From Vulcanimicrobiales bacterium (GTDB taxonomy: Bacteria > Vulcanimicrobiota > Vulcanimicrobiia > Vulcanimicrobiales > Vulcanimicrobiaceae): a stretch of 38,447 bases of DNA. Positions 16,775-26,010 of the stretch are shown here, in pieces. The notes under the pieces were generated by a model, which saw nothing but the letters and a program-made list of their open reading frames with translations, did not search any database and had not been told where the DNA came from. Every line of letters starts with the position of its first letter. Position 1 is the stretch's first letter. The stretch lies in NCBI GenBank assembly GCA_038231455.1, contig JBBRLI010000030.1, positions 1-38,447 on the forward strand, given 5' to 3'. The translations under genes and the position numbers were made by a program.

Positions 16775-17746
16775 ATGCGCGCGATTCTCTCAGAGCCCGT
16801 TGCCGGTCCCGTTGCCTGGAGCGGACGAGACCTCGAAGCGGATTTGTCGTGGATCGTTCGGCTCGAACCTGCCGCTTGCGAGGAGCTCGCGGAGGCGGCC
16901 AACCGTGCGATTCGCGGCGGGCGAGCGCTTGCATCGCTTACGCGCGAAGATTTTCCGCTGCCGCTTTTGCGGCCGCTCCTCGCGCAGACGCGCGAGCACG
17001 TCGAAAACGGGCGCGGCTTTGCGCTTTTGCGTGGTTTGGATGTTGACCGGTACGCGCCCGAGGTGCTTGCGGCGATGTACTGGGGCATCGGAACGCATCT
17101 TGGAACGGCGGTCGCGCAGAACGCGCGAGGCGATCTGCTCGGACACGTGCGCGATGAAGGCCTGACGCTCGAGAACCCGCTCGCGCGCGGCTATCAAACG
17201 CGCGCAGCGCAAAGCTTACACGTCGACCGCTGCGACATCGTCGGCCTGCTCTGCCGACGGAACGCGCGCGCCGGTGGACGCAGTCGCATCGTGAGCAGCA
17301 TGCGCGTGTACAACGAAATGCTCGCGCGCGCGCCGTGGTATCTGGGTGTGCTCTATCGGCCCTTCGCGATCGACCTGCGCGGCGAAGAGCGGCCGGGCGA
17401 AACCCCGGTCTACTATCGCCCCGTTTTCAGTTATCACGACGGCGTGCTGAGTTGCGGCTGCAACTACACCTACATCCGCGATGGACAGGCAAAGATTGGC
17501 GAGCCGCTAACGCCGGTCGAGATCGAAGCGCTCGATATGTTTTACGCGATCGCGGAGGAACACGTCCTCGCGATGGACTTGCTACCCGGCGACATGCAAT
17601 TCGTCAACAACTACGTGCTCTTGCACGATCGCAGCGACTACGAAGACTACGACGAGCTCGATCGCAAGCGGCACATGTTGCGCCTGTGGTTGAATGTCGA
17701 GCGCCGTCGTCCACTTGCGCCGGCCTTTGGCAGCTACGTGTTCTAG
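16775..17746 (+). CDS. TauD/TfdA-family Fe(II)/2-oxoglutarate dioxygenase
   Basis: HxD (LHVDRCD), VGLLC...GGRS, PGDMQFVNN..LHDR (distal His) and RHMLRLWL (2OG-binding Arg). Confidence 0.92.
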   Translation: MRAILSEPVAGPVAWSGRDLEADLSWIVRLEPAACEELAEAANRAIRGGRALASLTREDFPLPLLRPLLAQTREHVENGRGFALLRGLDVDRYAPEVLAAMYWGIGTHLGTAVAQNARGDLLGHVRDEGLTLENPLARGYQTRAAQSLHVDRCDIVGLLCRRNARAGGRSRIVSSMRVYNEMLARAPWYLGVLYRPFAIDLRGEERPGETPVYYRPVFSYHDGVLSCGCNYTYIRDGQAKIGEPLTPVEIEALDMFYAIAEEHVLAMDLLPGDMQFVNNYVLLHDRSDYEDYDELDRKRHMLRLWLNVERRRPLAPAFGSYVF

Positions 17747-18504
17747 AGCGACCAACGCGAGAGATTCGCGTTGCCGTTGACCCAATCGAAGTGTCCGCGC
17801 CGCTGACCATCGATGCCCACGCTCGTCGTTGGGTCGCCCGGCGCGTGCGCGCACTGCGCCCCCGAGCAGCGATACTGCACGAGGATCTCCGCCTGGGACG
17901 ACGCTCCCGCGACGTCGCCTTCGATCGCGAAATCCGGGTTATCGCCGCCGTCTTCTTTGAGTCCGGTAAGATACGCGTACGGCGGCTGTCGCGTCAGACG
18001 CAGGGTCACGTGCGCGATGCGCTTCTGTAAGACGGCGATGTCATCCGGGGCGCGCACTTCGGTTGTGATCGCGGCTGCATAGCGCGTTTCATGCACGAAT
18101 GCCGAGCATTGGATATTTCGCGCATCGTCCGTTGGCGACGCCGGCGTTGCACTCTGCGGACTCGGCGCGCCGGCGCTGCATGGGGTGGTGGAGAAATTCG
18201 GCGCGAACGTTGTATGAACGACAAACGGCGTGCGGTCGACCGGTACTTGGTGGAGTTGAATGTTTTGGTCGGGGCGATCGAGAGGCGCGCACGCGCTCGA
18301 CCCATCCGCCGCTTGCGCGCCGCAGGCCGCGATGGCCGCTGCGAGCTGGCTTTGGAGCGCAGCGACGGCAGCGTGTATTGCCGAGTCACTTGCCGCAAGT
18401 GTCGCGCGTTGCAGAGCCGCGCGCGCGAAGACGGCTTGCTCGGCAACGATCGAACCGGCGATGAGCGAGATCGTTACGAACACCACGAGCATTTGCGCGA
18501 ACAT
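17743..18504 (-). CDS. PilX/GspK-like minor pilin-associated protein (hypothetical)
   Basis: ATG 18504 lies 1 nt after the upstream stop. N-terminal hydrophobic helix followed by an Ala-rich helix (LAASDSAIHAA), Cys pairs, and third position in a prepilin cluster. Confidence 0.6.
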   Translation of the reverse strand: MFAQMLVVFVTISLIAGSIVAEQAVFARAALQRATLAASDSAIHAAVAALQSQLAAAIAACGAQAADGSSACAPLDRPDQNIQLHQVPVDRTPFVVHTTFAPNFSTTPCSAGAPSPQSATPASPTDDARNIQCSAFVHETRYAAAITTEVRAPDDIAVLQKRIAHVTLRLTRQPPYAYLTGLKEDGGDNPDFAIEGDVAGASSQAEILVQYRCSGAQCAHAPGDPTTSVGIDGQRRGHFDWVNGNANLSRWSL

Positions 18505-18505
18505 G

Positions 18506-19039
18506 TTAGTTGGAGAGGCGCCGCGGTTCGTCCGCCGGTTGAGCGATGACGGTACTCTGCGTAAAATTGCTCGGCGGGAAGCGCTCGGAGAGCGAGACGG
18601 ATTGCGCGGGCGCATTCGCATCGGCGCTAATCGGATAGCTCACGGTCACGGTGAACGTCCCCGAATAGTCGGGAGCAGCGTCGTTCACAAACGTTGTGTT
18701 CACCGCAAGCGGAATCGTCGCAGAAAGCGACCCCGGCTGCGGGATTGCGGCCGCCGTTTGAAAGGCGCTCGCTGCACGCAGCGCCCACGTTGTGCGGTCG
18801 CTGAGGTGGACCGGAAGTGCGTCAGGATAGAACGCCGCCGCTACGCGCGCGCGTGCGATGATGTTTCGTGCGGTCATGAGTGCCGCGTCGCGGCGTGTCG
18901 CCGTCGCATTGCCGCGGGCGATTGCCGCCACCGCACCGATTGCAAGCGAGATGCCGATCGCAAGGAGCGCCACGCACGCGACGACTTCGATGATCGAAAA
19001 GCCCGCTTGCGCGTCAGTTCGGCAAGAGTGCGTTTGCAT
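18506..19039 (-). CDS. Prepilin-type N-terminal cleavage/methylation protein (PilV-like)
   Basis: QAG|FSIIEVVACVALLAIG is a class III signal with E5. Start ATG 19039. C-terminal TFTVTVSY strand. Confidence 0.85.
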   Translation of the reverse strand: MQTHSCRTDAQAGFSIIEVVACVALLAIGISLAIGAVAAIARGNATATRRDAALMTARNIIARARVAAAFYPDALPVHLSDRTTWALRAASAFQTAAAIPQPGSLSATIPLAVNTTFVNDAAPDYSGTFTVTVSYPISADANAPAQSVSLSERFPPSNFTQSTVIAQPADEPRRLSN

Positions 19040-20036
19040 CGGTAGAAAATCCACGGCAGTAAGCATAATCTTGCGCGTGCGTATTGCCGCGCGGAGGATC
19101 GACGATCGACGAGCTTTGTATTTGCGCGATGATGTCGCCGCTCGGCACCGTGTTCGGCGCGATCGCGTAGCGCAGCGTTTCGTAGTCGGTGATTCGCACG
19201 CCCTCGGGTGCGTAAGCGAACGCGGCAAAGGTTCGGATGTAGGTGAAACCGTCGTACGGAATGAGGGTCCAACGCGAAAAACCCGAGGCCGTATCCTCGC
19301 CGTAGGACTCGATGCAACTATCGATCGCGCGCCCGGCGACTTCTGCGATCGGTCCGTTTGCCGCGTTGCAGCCGCTGCGCTTCCCGCAGGCGTAGTTCAA
19401 CTGCACCGTGTAGGCGCCGGGCATCACGCCGGTGAGGAGATCGACGCTACGCGCGGCGCGATCGCCGCTAAGCGAAATTTCAATCGCGCGGTTGCCGGCA
19501 ACATACGTGCCGCCATCGACGGCGACGAGCGAACCGAGCGTCGCGCGCACGGGTGCGGCCAAATACGGTTCGATCGCCATCGTGCCATTCGAACCATCGA
19601 GGTCGTCGACTCCGAGTACCCGGATCGCAAACCCGGTGAGGTGTGAGGCGATCGAGACGCCGCTCGGCGGGCCGGAGCATGGCACGATCGGGGTCGATGC
19701 CTCGTCGAGCCGGTAGACCTGCGCGGGCGCCGTGCCGCTCGCGCCGACGAAGCGGTATCCCCAGTAATGCGTGTTTGCGGCATTGCCACCGTCCGACTGA
19801 TAGAAGTCGATCTCCGGACAACCGGCATCGGTGCGGATGCCTTGCGAAGCGCTTGCGTCATCGCGCAGGCTGCTTGCGAGCGTCTCGATCTCGCGCGTTT
19901 GCAGGTGCGATGCGTAGAGTAATGCTGCGCTATTCGTCATTCCGCGAAGCGCTTCGAACGCAGCGAACATCACCACAACGAACATGCCGGTCGCGATGAG
20001 GATCTCGACGATCGAGAAGCCGCGCTGCCCTTCCAC
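19014..20036 (-). CDS. Prepilin-type N-terminal cleavage/methylation protein (PilW-like)
   Basis: GTG 20036 gives MEGQRG|FSIVEILIATGMFVVVMFAAF, a class III signal with E5. The longer ORF-track start overlaps hisS and is rejected. Confidence 0.85.
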   Translation of the reverse strand: MEGQRGFSIVEILIATGMFVVVMFAAFEALRGMTNSAALLYASHLQTREIETLASSLRDDASASQGIRTDAGCPEIDFYQSDGGNAANTHYWGYRFVGASGTAPAQVYRLDEASTPIVPCSGPPSGVSIASHLTGFAIRVLGVDDLDGSNGTMAIEPYLAAPVRATLGSLVAVDGGTYVAGNRAIEISLSGDRAARSVDLLTGVMPGAYTVQLNYACGKRSGCNAANGPIAEVAGRAIDSCIESYGEDTASGFSRWTLIPYDGFTYIRTFAAFAYAPEGVRITDYETLRYAIAPNTVPSGDIIAQIQSSSIVDPPRGNTHAQDYAYCRGFSTDANALLPN

Positions 20037-20096
20037 AATCGCACCAGTGCCCGCGCGGCGGGCCTGCCATTCCCGCGGCGCGAACGCCTGCGAGCC

Positions 20097-21371
20097 ATGG
20101 CCCAGATCACTGCCCCGCGCGGCACCAACGATATTCTTCCCGCCGAATCGCCCGCGTGGCAAACCCTCGAAGGCCACGCGCGGTCGATCGCTTTGCGCTT
20201 CGGCTACGCCGAAATCCGCACGCCGATGTTCGAGGCGACCGAACTCTTCGTGCGCGGCGTCGGCGAGACAACCGACATCGTTGAAAAAGAAATGTACACC
20301 TTCCTCGACAAGGGCGACCGGAGTATGACGCTCCGTCCGGAATGGACGGCACCCGTCGTGCGGGCGCTCTTGCAGCACAACTTAATGGCGCTTGGGCCGC
20401 AGCGACTGTTTTATATCGGGCCGTTCTTCCGCTACGAGCGTCCGCAAGCGGGGCGTTACCGCCAAGCAAATCAGTTTGGCGTCGAGTGTTTCGGCTATGC
20501 GGGTCCCGAAGCCGATGTCGAGGTGATGCAGCTGGCGATGGCGCTCGTCGCGCGCTACAAGATCGCGGATGCCCGCCTGCAGATCAACACGATCGGTGAT
20601 GATATCTGCCGCCCCGCTTACCGCGACGCACTGCTCGCGCACTTCCGTCCGCATATCGCGGAGCTTTCCGAGGATTCGCAGCGCCGTCTGGAACGCAATC
20701 CGCTGCGCATCCTCGACTCGAAGTCACCGGCGGACGCCCCGTTTATCGCGAGCGCCCCGACATTTCTCGATACGCTCTGCCATGCGTGCAAGCAGCACTT
20801 CGCCGCGATTCGCGCCTACCTCGACGCCATCGGTATGCCGTACGACGTTGCACCGCGCCTGGTGCGCGGCTTCGATTATTACACGCGCACGGTCTTCGAG
20901 ATCACCTCGAGCGCCCTTGGCTCGCAGAGCGCCGTTTGCGGCGGCGGCCGCTACGACGGTCTCGTCAGCTCGCTTGGTGGACCGCCGACCCCCGCCGTGG
21001 GTTTTGGCCTCGGCCTCGAGCGCTTCCTGATGGTCGTCAAGGCCATGGACGGAGCGCCGCAGCCCGAGCGCGCCGGGTTCCAGGCAATCGCTCTGGGCCT
21101 CGCCGCGCGAACGGCGATGCTTCCGATCGTTGCAGCCTTGCGGTCCCTTGCGAGCGTCCCGGCCCACTTCGATTTTGCGGATCGTAAAATCGCGGCCCAC
21201 TTCAAGACGGCCGATCGCAATAACGCTCGCTTCGCCCTCATCCTCGGCGATGATGAACTCGCCAGCGGAAGCGTGGTGCTTCGCGATTTGGTCACACGTG
21301 AAGACCGCCGTATCCCGGCGGGTCCGTCGCCACAAGAGACGGCGCGTGCGCTCGTCGAAGCCACGGCTTGA
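20097..21371 (+). CDS. hisS: Histidine--tRNA ligase
   Basis: PRGTND, KEMYTF, LRPEWTA, FRYERPQAGRYRQ, LVRGFDYY and GGGRYDGL. Confidence 0.98.
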   Translation: MAQITAPRGTNDILPAESPAWQTLEGHARSIALRFGYAEIRTPMFEATELFVRGVGETTDIVEKEMYTFLDKGDRSMTLRPEWTAPVVRALLQHNLMALGPQRLFYIGPFFRYERPQAGRYRQANQFGVECFGYAGPEADVEVMQLAMALVARYKIADARLQINTIGDDICRPAYRDALLAHFRPHIAELSEDSQRRLERNPLRILDSKSPADAPFIASAPTFLDTLCHACKQHFAAIRAYLDAIGMPYDVAPRLVRGFDYYTRTVFEITSSALGSQSAVCGGGRYDGLVSSLGGPPTPAVGFGLGLERFLMVVKAMDGAPQPERAGFQAIALGLAARTAMLPIVAALRSLASVPAHFDFADRKIAAHFKTADRNNARFALILGDDELASGSVVLRDLVTREDRRIPAGPSPQETARALVEATA

Positions 21372-21859
21372 TGGACGAATCACGTCCCGCTTCGGCGGCC
21401 GAATCCGATGCAGCACGTGTCGGCACTCTCTACGAACTCATGCGGGAATACGATCTCGACGCGCTGCGCGTGCGGATCGGTGAGGCGGAATACGAATTAG
21501 TCCGCCGCGACCCGCAGGCCGTGACCTACGCCGCAGCGCCGGCGGCGATCGGCGCACCGGCCGCAGCGAGCGAGCCGGCGCCCAAGCCCGCCGCCGCCGC
21601 CGCAGCCGCAGCGCCGGCTAATGTGCGGCGCGTGACGGCGCCGGTCGTCGGGGTGTTCTACCGCTCGCCTTCGCCGGGCTCGGACCCCTTCGTGAACGTC
21701 GGCGACCGCGTGTCGGTCGGGCAGACGCTGTGTATTCTCGAAGCGATGAAACTGATGAACGAAATCACCAGCGATCATGCCGGTGTCGTCACGCGCATCA
21801 TCCCCGAGGATGCCGGACTCGTTGCGCTCGGTGAGGAGCTGATGTGGATCGAACCATAG
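21371..21859 (+). CDS. accB: Acetyl-CoA carboxylase biotin carboxyl carrier protein
   Basis: Ala/Pro-rich linker, APVVGVFYRSPSP and the biotinylation motif EAMKLMN. Confidence 0.95.
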   Translation: MDESRPASAAESDAARVGTLYELMREYDLDALRVRIGEAEYELVRRDPQAVTYAAAPAAIGAPAAASEPAPKPAAAAAAAAPANVRRVTAPVVGVFYRSPSPGSDPFVNVGDRVSVGQTLCILEAMKLMNEITSDHAGVVTRIIPEDAGLVALGEELMWIEP

Positions 21860-22449
21860 ATTATAAAGCCCAGCGCGATTTTGCCGAACTCCTCGCCGAT
21901 CGGCGCGGCCTGCTCGATGAAGCGCGCTACCCACAAGCGGTGGCGGCGATCGTTGCGGCGATCGTCAAAGCGTTTCGCGGCGGCAAGAAAGTGCTCTGGA
22001 TGGGCAACGGCGGATCGGCCGCCGATGCGCAACATCTGGCGGCAGAATTCAGCGGCCGCTTCTTGCGCGAGCGCGGCGGCTTGCCGTCCGAAGCGCTCTC
22101 GGTAAACACCTCGGCGCTCACCGCAATCGGGAATGATTTTGGTTACGAGCGCGTCTTCGCGCGTCAAGTCGAAGCCTTCGCCCAGCCGGGCGACGTCGTC
22201 GTCGGTATCACGACCAGCGGCACGTCGAAAAATATCGTCGTTGCGCTCGAAGAAGCACGTAAGCGCGGCGCATTGACGATTGCCTTCACCGGCAACGGCG
22301 GCGGCATTGTCGCGGAGATCGCCGACCTCTCGCTCATCGGGCCGAGTGGTTACTCGGCGATCGTTCAGGAAGTCCATATCACGATGGGCCATATCATCTG
22401 CGACCTGGTCGAGCAAGAGTTGATTTTCAACGCAAGTCCGCGTGGTTGA
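21844..22449 (+). CDS. gmhA: D-sedoheptulose-7-phosphate isomerase
   Basis: GNGGSAADAQHLAAE, TAIGNDFGYE, TTSGTSKN and QEVH. SD GAGGAG upstream. Confidence 0.96.
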   Translation: MDRTIDYKAQRDFAELLADRRGLLDEARYPQAVAAIVAAIVKAFRGGKKVLWMGNGGSAADAQHLAAEFSGRFLRERGGLPSEALSVNTSALTAIGNDFGYERVFARQVEAFAQPGDVVVGITTSGTSKNIVVALEEARKRGALTIAFTGNGGGIVAEIADLSLIGPSGYSAIVQEVHITMGHIICDLVEQELIFNASPRG

Positions 22450-23428
22450 GCTCGCGCCGCCGACGGCGGCTGAGCTGCTCGAACGGATGGCCGGTCGCCG
22501 CGTCGTGGTGATCGGCGATGTGATGATCGATGAGTGGATCTGGGGTACCGTCTCGCGCATCTCACCCGAAGCGCCCGTCCCCGTCGTCGCGGTCAGCAAT
22601 CATTCGTTCACGCTCGGGGGTGCGGGGAACGTCGCGCATAATTTGCGCGCACTCGGTGCGAATGTCGACTTCATCGCGGCGGTCGGGGACGATCCCGAAG
22701 CCGACCGGATCACGACGCTGCTGGCCGAGATCGGCATCGCCGGATCGGGCCTCGTGCGCGTGGATGACCGGCCGACGACGCGCAAGACGCGCGTGGTCGC
22801 GCACAACCAGCAAGTCGTGCGCGCCGATTGGGAATCGACGAGTCCACTCTCGGATATCGATCGCCGCCGAATCATCGAGAAGATCGCTGTTTCGCTCGAA
22901 AAAGCCGATGCGGTCGTGCTCAGCGATTACAACAAAGGCCTGATGAGTCGCGAAATCGTCGAAGCGGCGCTGGGCTGTCCGCTCGTCGTCGCCGATCCCA
23001 AACCCGAGAACGTGCGGCTGTTTGCCGGCGTGAACTGCATCGCGCCCAACGTTTCCGAGGCGGCGCGCGCCAGCGGCATCGCAATTGTCGATGCCGCCTC
23101 GCTCGAACGCGCGGGCACGGCGCTGCTCGATGAACTCGGCTGTCGCTACGTGGTCGTTACGCGTGGTGAGGCGGGCATGTCGCTGTTCGGACGCGATGGT
23201 GAGCGCGCCGATATTCCCTCAGTCGCTCGTACCGTCTTCGACGTGAGCGGTGCGGGCGATACGGTCGTTGCGGTGCTGACGCTGGCTCTTGCTGCGCGCA
23301 TTCCGATTAACGACTCCGTTGCGCTTGCCAATCTTGCCGCCGGTGCCGTCGTCGAAAAGCTCGGCACGGCGACGGCAAGTCCCGCGGAGATCATCGCGCT
23401 CTTGCAATTCGACCACGATGGGCGCTGA
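22442..23428 (+). CDS. rfaE1: D-glycero-beta-D-manno-heptose-7-phosphate kinase (HldE/RfaE domain I)
   Basis: RISPEAPVPVV, GGAGNVA, LSDYNKG and DVSGAGDTV (PfkB family). Confidence 0.94.
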   Translation: MVELAPPTAAELLERMAGRRVVVIGDVMIDEWIWGTVSRISPEAPVPVVAVSNHSFTLGGAGNVAHNLRALGANVDFIAAVGDDPEADRITTLLAEIGIAGSGLVRVDDRPTTRKTRVVAHNQQVVRADWESTSPLSDIDRRRIIEKIAVSLEKADAVVLSDYNKGLMSREIVEAALGCPLVVADPKPENVRLFAGVNCIAPNVSEAARASGIAIVDAASLERAGTALLDELGCRYVVVTRGEAGMSLFGRDGERADIPSVARTVFDVSGAGDTVVAVLTLALAARIPINDSVALANLAAGAVVEKLGTATASPAEIIALLQFDHDGR

Positions 23429-23900
23429 TTTCGGCTTGATGCTCTCGCTCGAAGACGCGGCGGCGTGGCGCGAGGCGCAACGCGCGGCCGGACGCCGCGT
23501 CGTCTTCACGAATGGCTGTTTTGATGTGTTGCACGCGGGGCACGTGCGCTATCTCGACTGGTCGCGCGCGCAAGGCGACGCGCTGATCCTCGGTCTCAAT
23601 AGCGATGAATCCGTGCGCGGACTCAAAGGCGCGCAGCGTCCGTACGTTCCCTTTGAAGATCGAGCGACGATTCTTGCGGCTCTTCGTTCGGTCGACGTCG
23701 TCGTCGGCTTTGGCGAACGGACACCCGAAGTGCTGCTCGAATGGATCCGACCCGACGTGCATGTGAAGAGCGCACAGTACCGTCTCGAAGATCTGCCCGA
23801 ACGTACGGTCGTCGAGGCGCACGGTGGACGGATCGTGCTCGCGCCGCATCTCGACGGTCGCAGTACGACCGATCTCGTCGCGCTCATACGCAGTCGGTAA
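23418..23900 (+). CDS. rfaE2: D-glycero-beta-D-manno-heptose-1-phosphate adenylyltransferase (HldE/RfaE domain II)
   Basis: VFTNGCFDVLHAGH, GLNSDESV and GRSTT. Start ATG 23418. Confidence 0.93.
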   Translation: MGADFGLMLSLEDAAAWREAQRAAGRRVVFTNGCFDVLHAGHVRYLDWSRAQGDALILGLNSDESVRGLKGAQRPYVPFEDRATILAALRSVDVVVGFGERTPEVLLEWIRPDVHVKSAQYRLEDLPERTVVEAHGGRIVLAPHLDGRSTTDLVALIRSR

Positions 23901-23902
23901 AG

Positions 23903-25135
23903 ATGTCGTCCCTCGCGCTTACCTGTAATGGCCCGGGCGAATTCTCGGGCTGGGTACGACCCCTGCTCACCGCGCTCTACGCGCGCGCGCCACACCTCGA
24001 TGTGACGATTTTTTTCGTCCCGGACGATTACGCAACCGGCCGCGAACCCGATGTCGCGCGCGCGCTCTTTCCACAGGCGCGCGTCGTGCCGCCCGGCGCG
24101 TACGTGAAGTTTGCGCTCGGTGCGGCGCTTGCGGGTGTTCCGACGCGCGTCGATCGCGTGCACTATAGCGGCGGTGACCTCGGGCATGCGGTCCGGTTGC
24201 ACAAGCGGCTCGGCGGAATCGCAACGTCCTACAAATTTTCATCCGCGCGCAATCGCGAGGTCTTCACCCGTGTGTTTGCGGTCGATGAAGCCAATCGCGA
24301 ACAACTGCTTGGTTGGACGATCCCCGCAGAGCGCATCACCGTGGTCGGCAATCTTGCAATCGATGGCGCAATCTCCGAGGCCGCGGGCGAATTCGGCGAC
24401 CCGCCAAGCGATGTTGCGCGCGATGGAATCATCATTCTTCCGGGTTCGCGGAAGCTCGAAGTCGCCAACCTCATCCCGTTCTTTCTCGGCGTTGCAACGC
24501 GCTTACGCGAACGCGATGCGAGCGTCCCGATCGCCTTTGGGCTCTCGCCGTTCACCGCGGACGACGAGGTCGCGCGAGCGCTCGAACGCGGCGGCGATCC
24601 GCGCGTGTTCGGTATGCGCGGAACGCTCGAACGATCGGGTGAGGAATGCTTTCTGCGCGAGCAGCGGAGCGGCGCAACTTTCCCGGTCGTGCGGGCCTCG
24701 ATGCGCGCGGCGTCGGTTGCAGCGCTTGCGGTGACGATCCCCGGAACGAAAGCAATCGAACTTGCGGCGCTTGGTATCCCAAGCGTCGTGTGCCTGCCCT
24801 TTAACGCACCGGAACTTGCGGTGATCAATGGTCCGCTGCAGTACCTGGGTCGGATTCCGCTGATCGGACCACCGGTCAAGCGTGGGGTCGTACTCGCGGT
24901 TGCCTCGCGATTCAAGTATGCCGCGCAGCCGAACATCGACGCCAACCGCGAACTTATGTGCGAACTCCGCGGCACGCTTACCCCCGGTCGGGTCGCGAGT
25001 GTCGTTCTCGAGCGGTTTGCCGATACGGCATGGCGCGCGCGCGTGTCCGGGGAACTTCGCGCACTCTACGCGGGTCACGTGGGAGCGGCCAAGCGCGTTG
25101 CCGCAGCGCTCCTCTCCGAATCGAATGGATCATGA
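23903..25135 (+). CDS. Lipid-A-disaccharide synthase (LpxB)-like GT-B glycosyltransferase
   Basis: CNGPGEFSGW N-terminus, VVGNL, ILPGSR, TIPGTKAIELAALGIP and AQPNI...EL. Start ATG 23903. The exact function is uncertain. Confidence 0.75.
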   Translation: MSSLALTCNGPGEFSGWVRPLLTALYARAPHLDVTIFFVPDDYATGREPDVARALFPQARVVPPGAYVKFALGAALAGVPTRVDRVHYSGGDLGHAVRLHKRLGGIATSYKFSSARNREVFTRVFAVDEANREQLLGWTIPAERITVVGNLAIDGAISEAAGEFGDPPSDVARDGIIILPGSRKLEVANLIPFFLGVATRLRERDASVPIAFGLSPFTADDEVARALERGGDPRVFGMRGTLERSGEECFLREQRSGATFPVVRASMRAASVAALAVTIPGTKAIELAALGIPSVVCLPFNAPELAVINGPLQYLGRIPLIGPPVKRGVVLAVASRFKYAAQPNIDANRELMCELRGTLTPGRVASVVLERFADTAWRARVSGELRALYAGHVGAAKRVAAALLSESNGS

Positions 25136-26010
25136 CGTTTAGCATCATCATCGCCACGAAAAACCGGTCCAGCTTTCTCGCGAGGGCGCTCGACTCGCTC
25201 GCCGCGCAAGTGGACGCGCCGGCGTTCGAAACGATCGTCGTCGATAACGGCTCGACCGACGAGACGCAGGCGATGCTCGCCGCGCGCGCAGACCGCGACG
25301 CACTTCGCCTCACGGTGATCGCGGAACCCATCGCCAATCGCGGGAAGGCGCGCAACCGCGGCATCGCGGCGGCAACCGGTGACCTCGTACTCTTTCTTGA
25401 CGATGATGTCGTGCTGCCGCCGTCGTTCGTTGCCGCACACGCCAAAGCCCAAGACCGCGTCTTCCCATACGTCGTGTCGGGACCGATCATCAACGTGCCC
25501 TCGTACGACGAGCGCCCCGAACCGACGCCGGCGAATTTCTCGAACGCGTTTTTCTGCACGTGTAACGTCTCGGTGCCGCGCAATTCGCTCAACGCCGTCG
25601 GCGGTTTCGACGAGCAGTTCGATCTCTACGGCTGGGAAGATACGGAACTTGGATTGCGTCTGCGGGCCTTCGATGTGCGGCGGGACTTTGCGTGGGATGC
25701 GTATCTCTGGCACATCAAACCGCCGCAGGTCGAGACACTCGATAACGCACTGCAGAAGACGATTGAAAAAGCCCGCATGGCCGCGCGGTTCGTGAAGAAA
25801 GCGCCGACACTGCGCGCGAAACTCGCGACCGGGGCGTACGGCTTCAATCTGGCGCGTGCGAAAACGCTCACGCCCAAAGCCGCACAGCCGTTTCTCGCCG
25901 GACTTGCCACAAGCGAGAAATCGCCCGGAGGCCTCGCGCGCATCGCTCGCGGCCTGCTGCTCGATAGCGTCTATGCCGACGAACTCTCTCGCGCGCTTGA
26001 ACGCGAATAA
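25132..26010 (+). CDS. Glycosyltransferase family 2
   Basis: FSIIIATKNR, VVDNGSTD, FLDDD and GGFDEQFDLYGWEDTELG. ATGA overlap with the upstream gene. Confidence 0.93.
   Translation: MTFSIIIATKNRSSFLARALDSLAAQVDAPAFETIVVDNGSTDETQAMLAARADRDALRLTVIAEPIANRGKARNRGIAAATGDLVLFLDDDVVLPPSFVAAHAKAQDRVFPYVVSGPIINVPSYDERPEPTPANFSNAFFCTCNVSVPRNSLNAVGGFDEQFDLYGWEDTELGLRLRAFDVRRDFAWDAYLWHIKPPQVETLDNALQKTIEKARMAARFVKKAPTLRAKLATGAYGFNLARAKTLTPKAAQPFLAGLATSEKSPGGLARIARGLLLDSVYADELSRALERE

Noticed and set aside
15715..17046. 443-aa plus-strand ORF spanning the SBP gene
   Set aside because: Antisense shadow of a well-supported gene, with no motifs. Long shadow ORFs are expected at this GC.
20037..20378. N-terminal extension of the 454-aa ORF given in the track
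   Set aside because: It overlaps hisS antisense. The class III signal places the real start at GTG 20036.
21530..21620. GCC-rich low-complexity stretch
   Set aside because: This is the normal Ala/Pro linker of BCCP.
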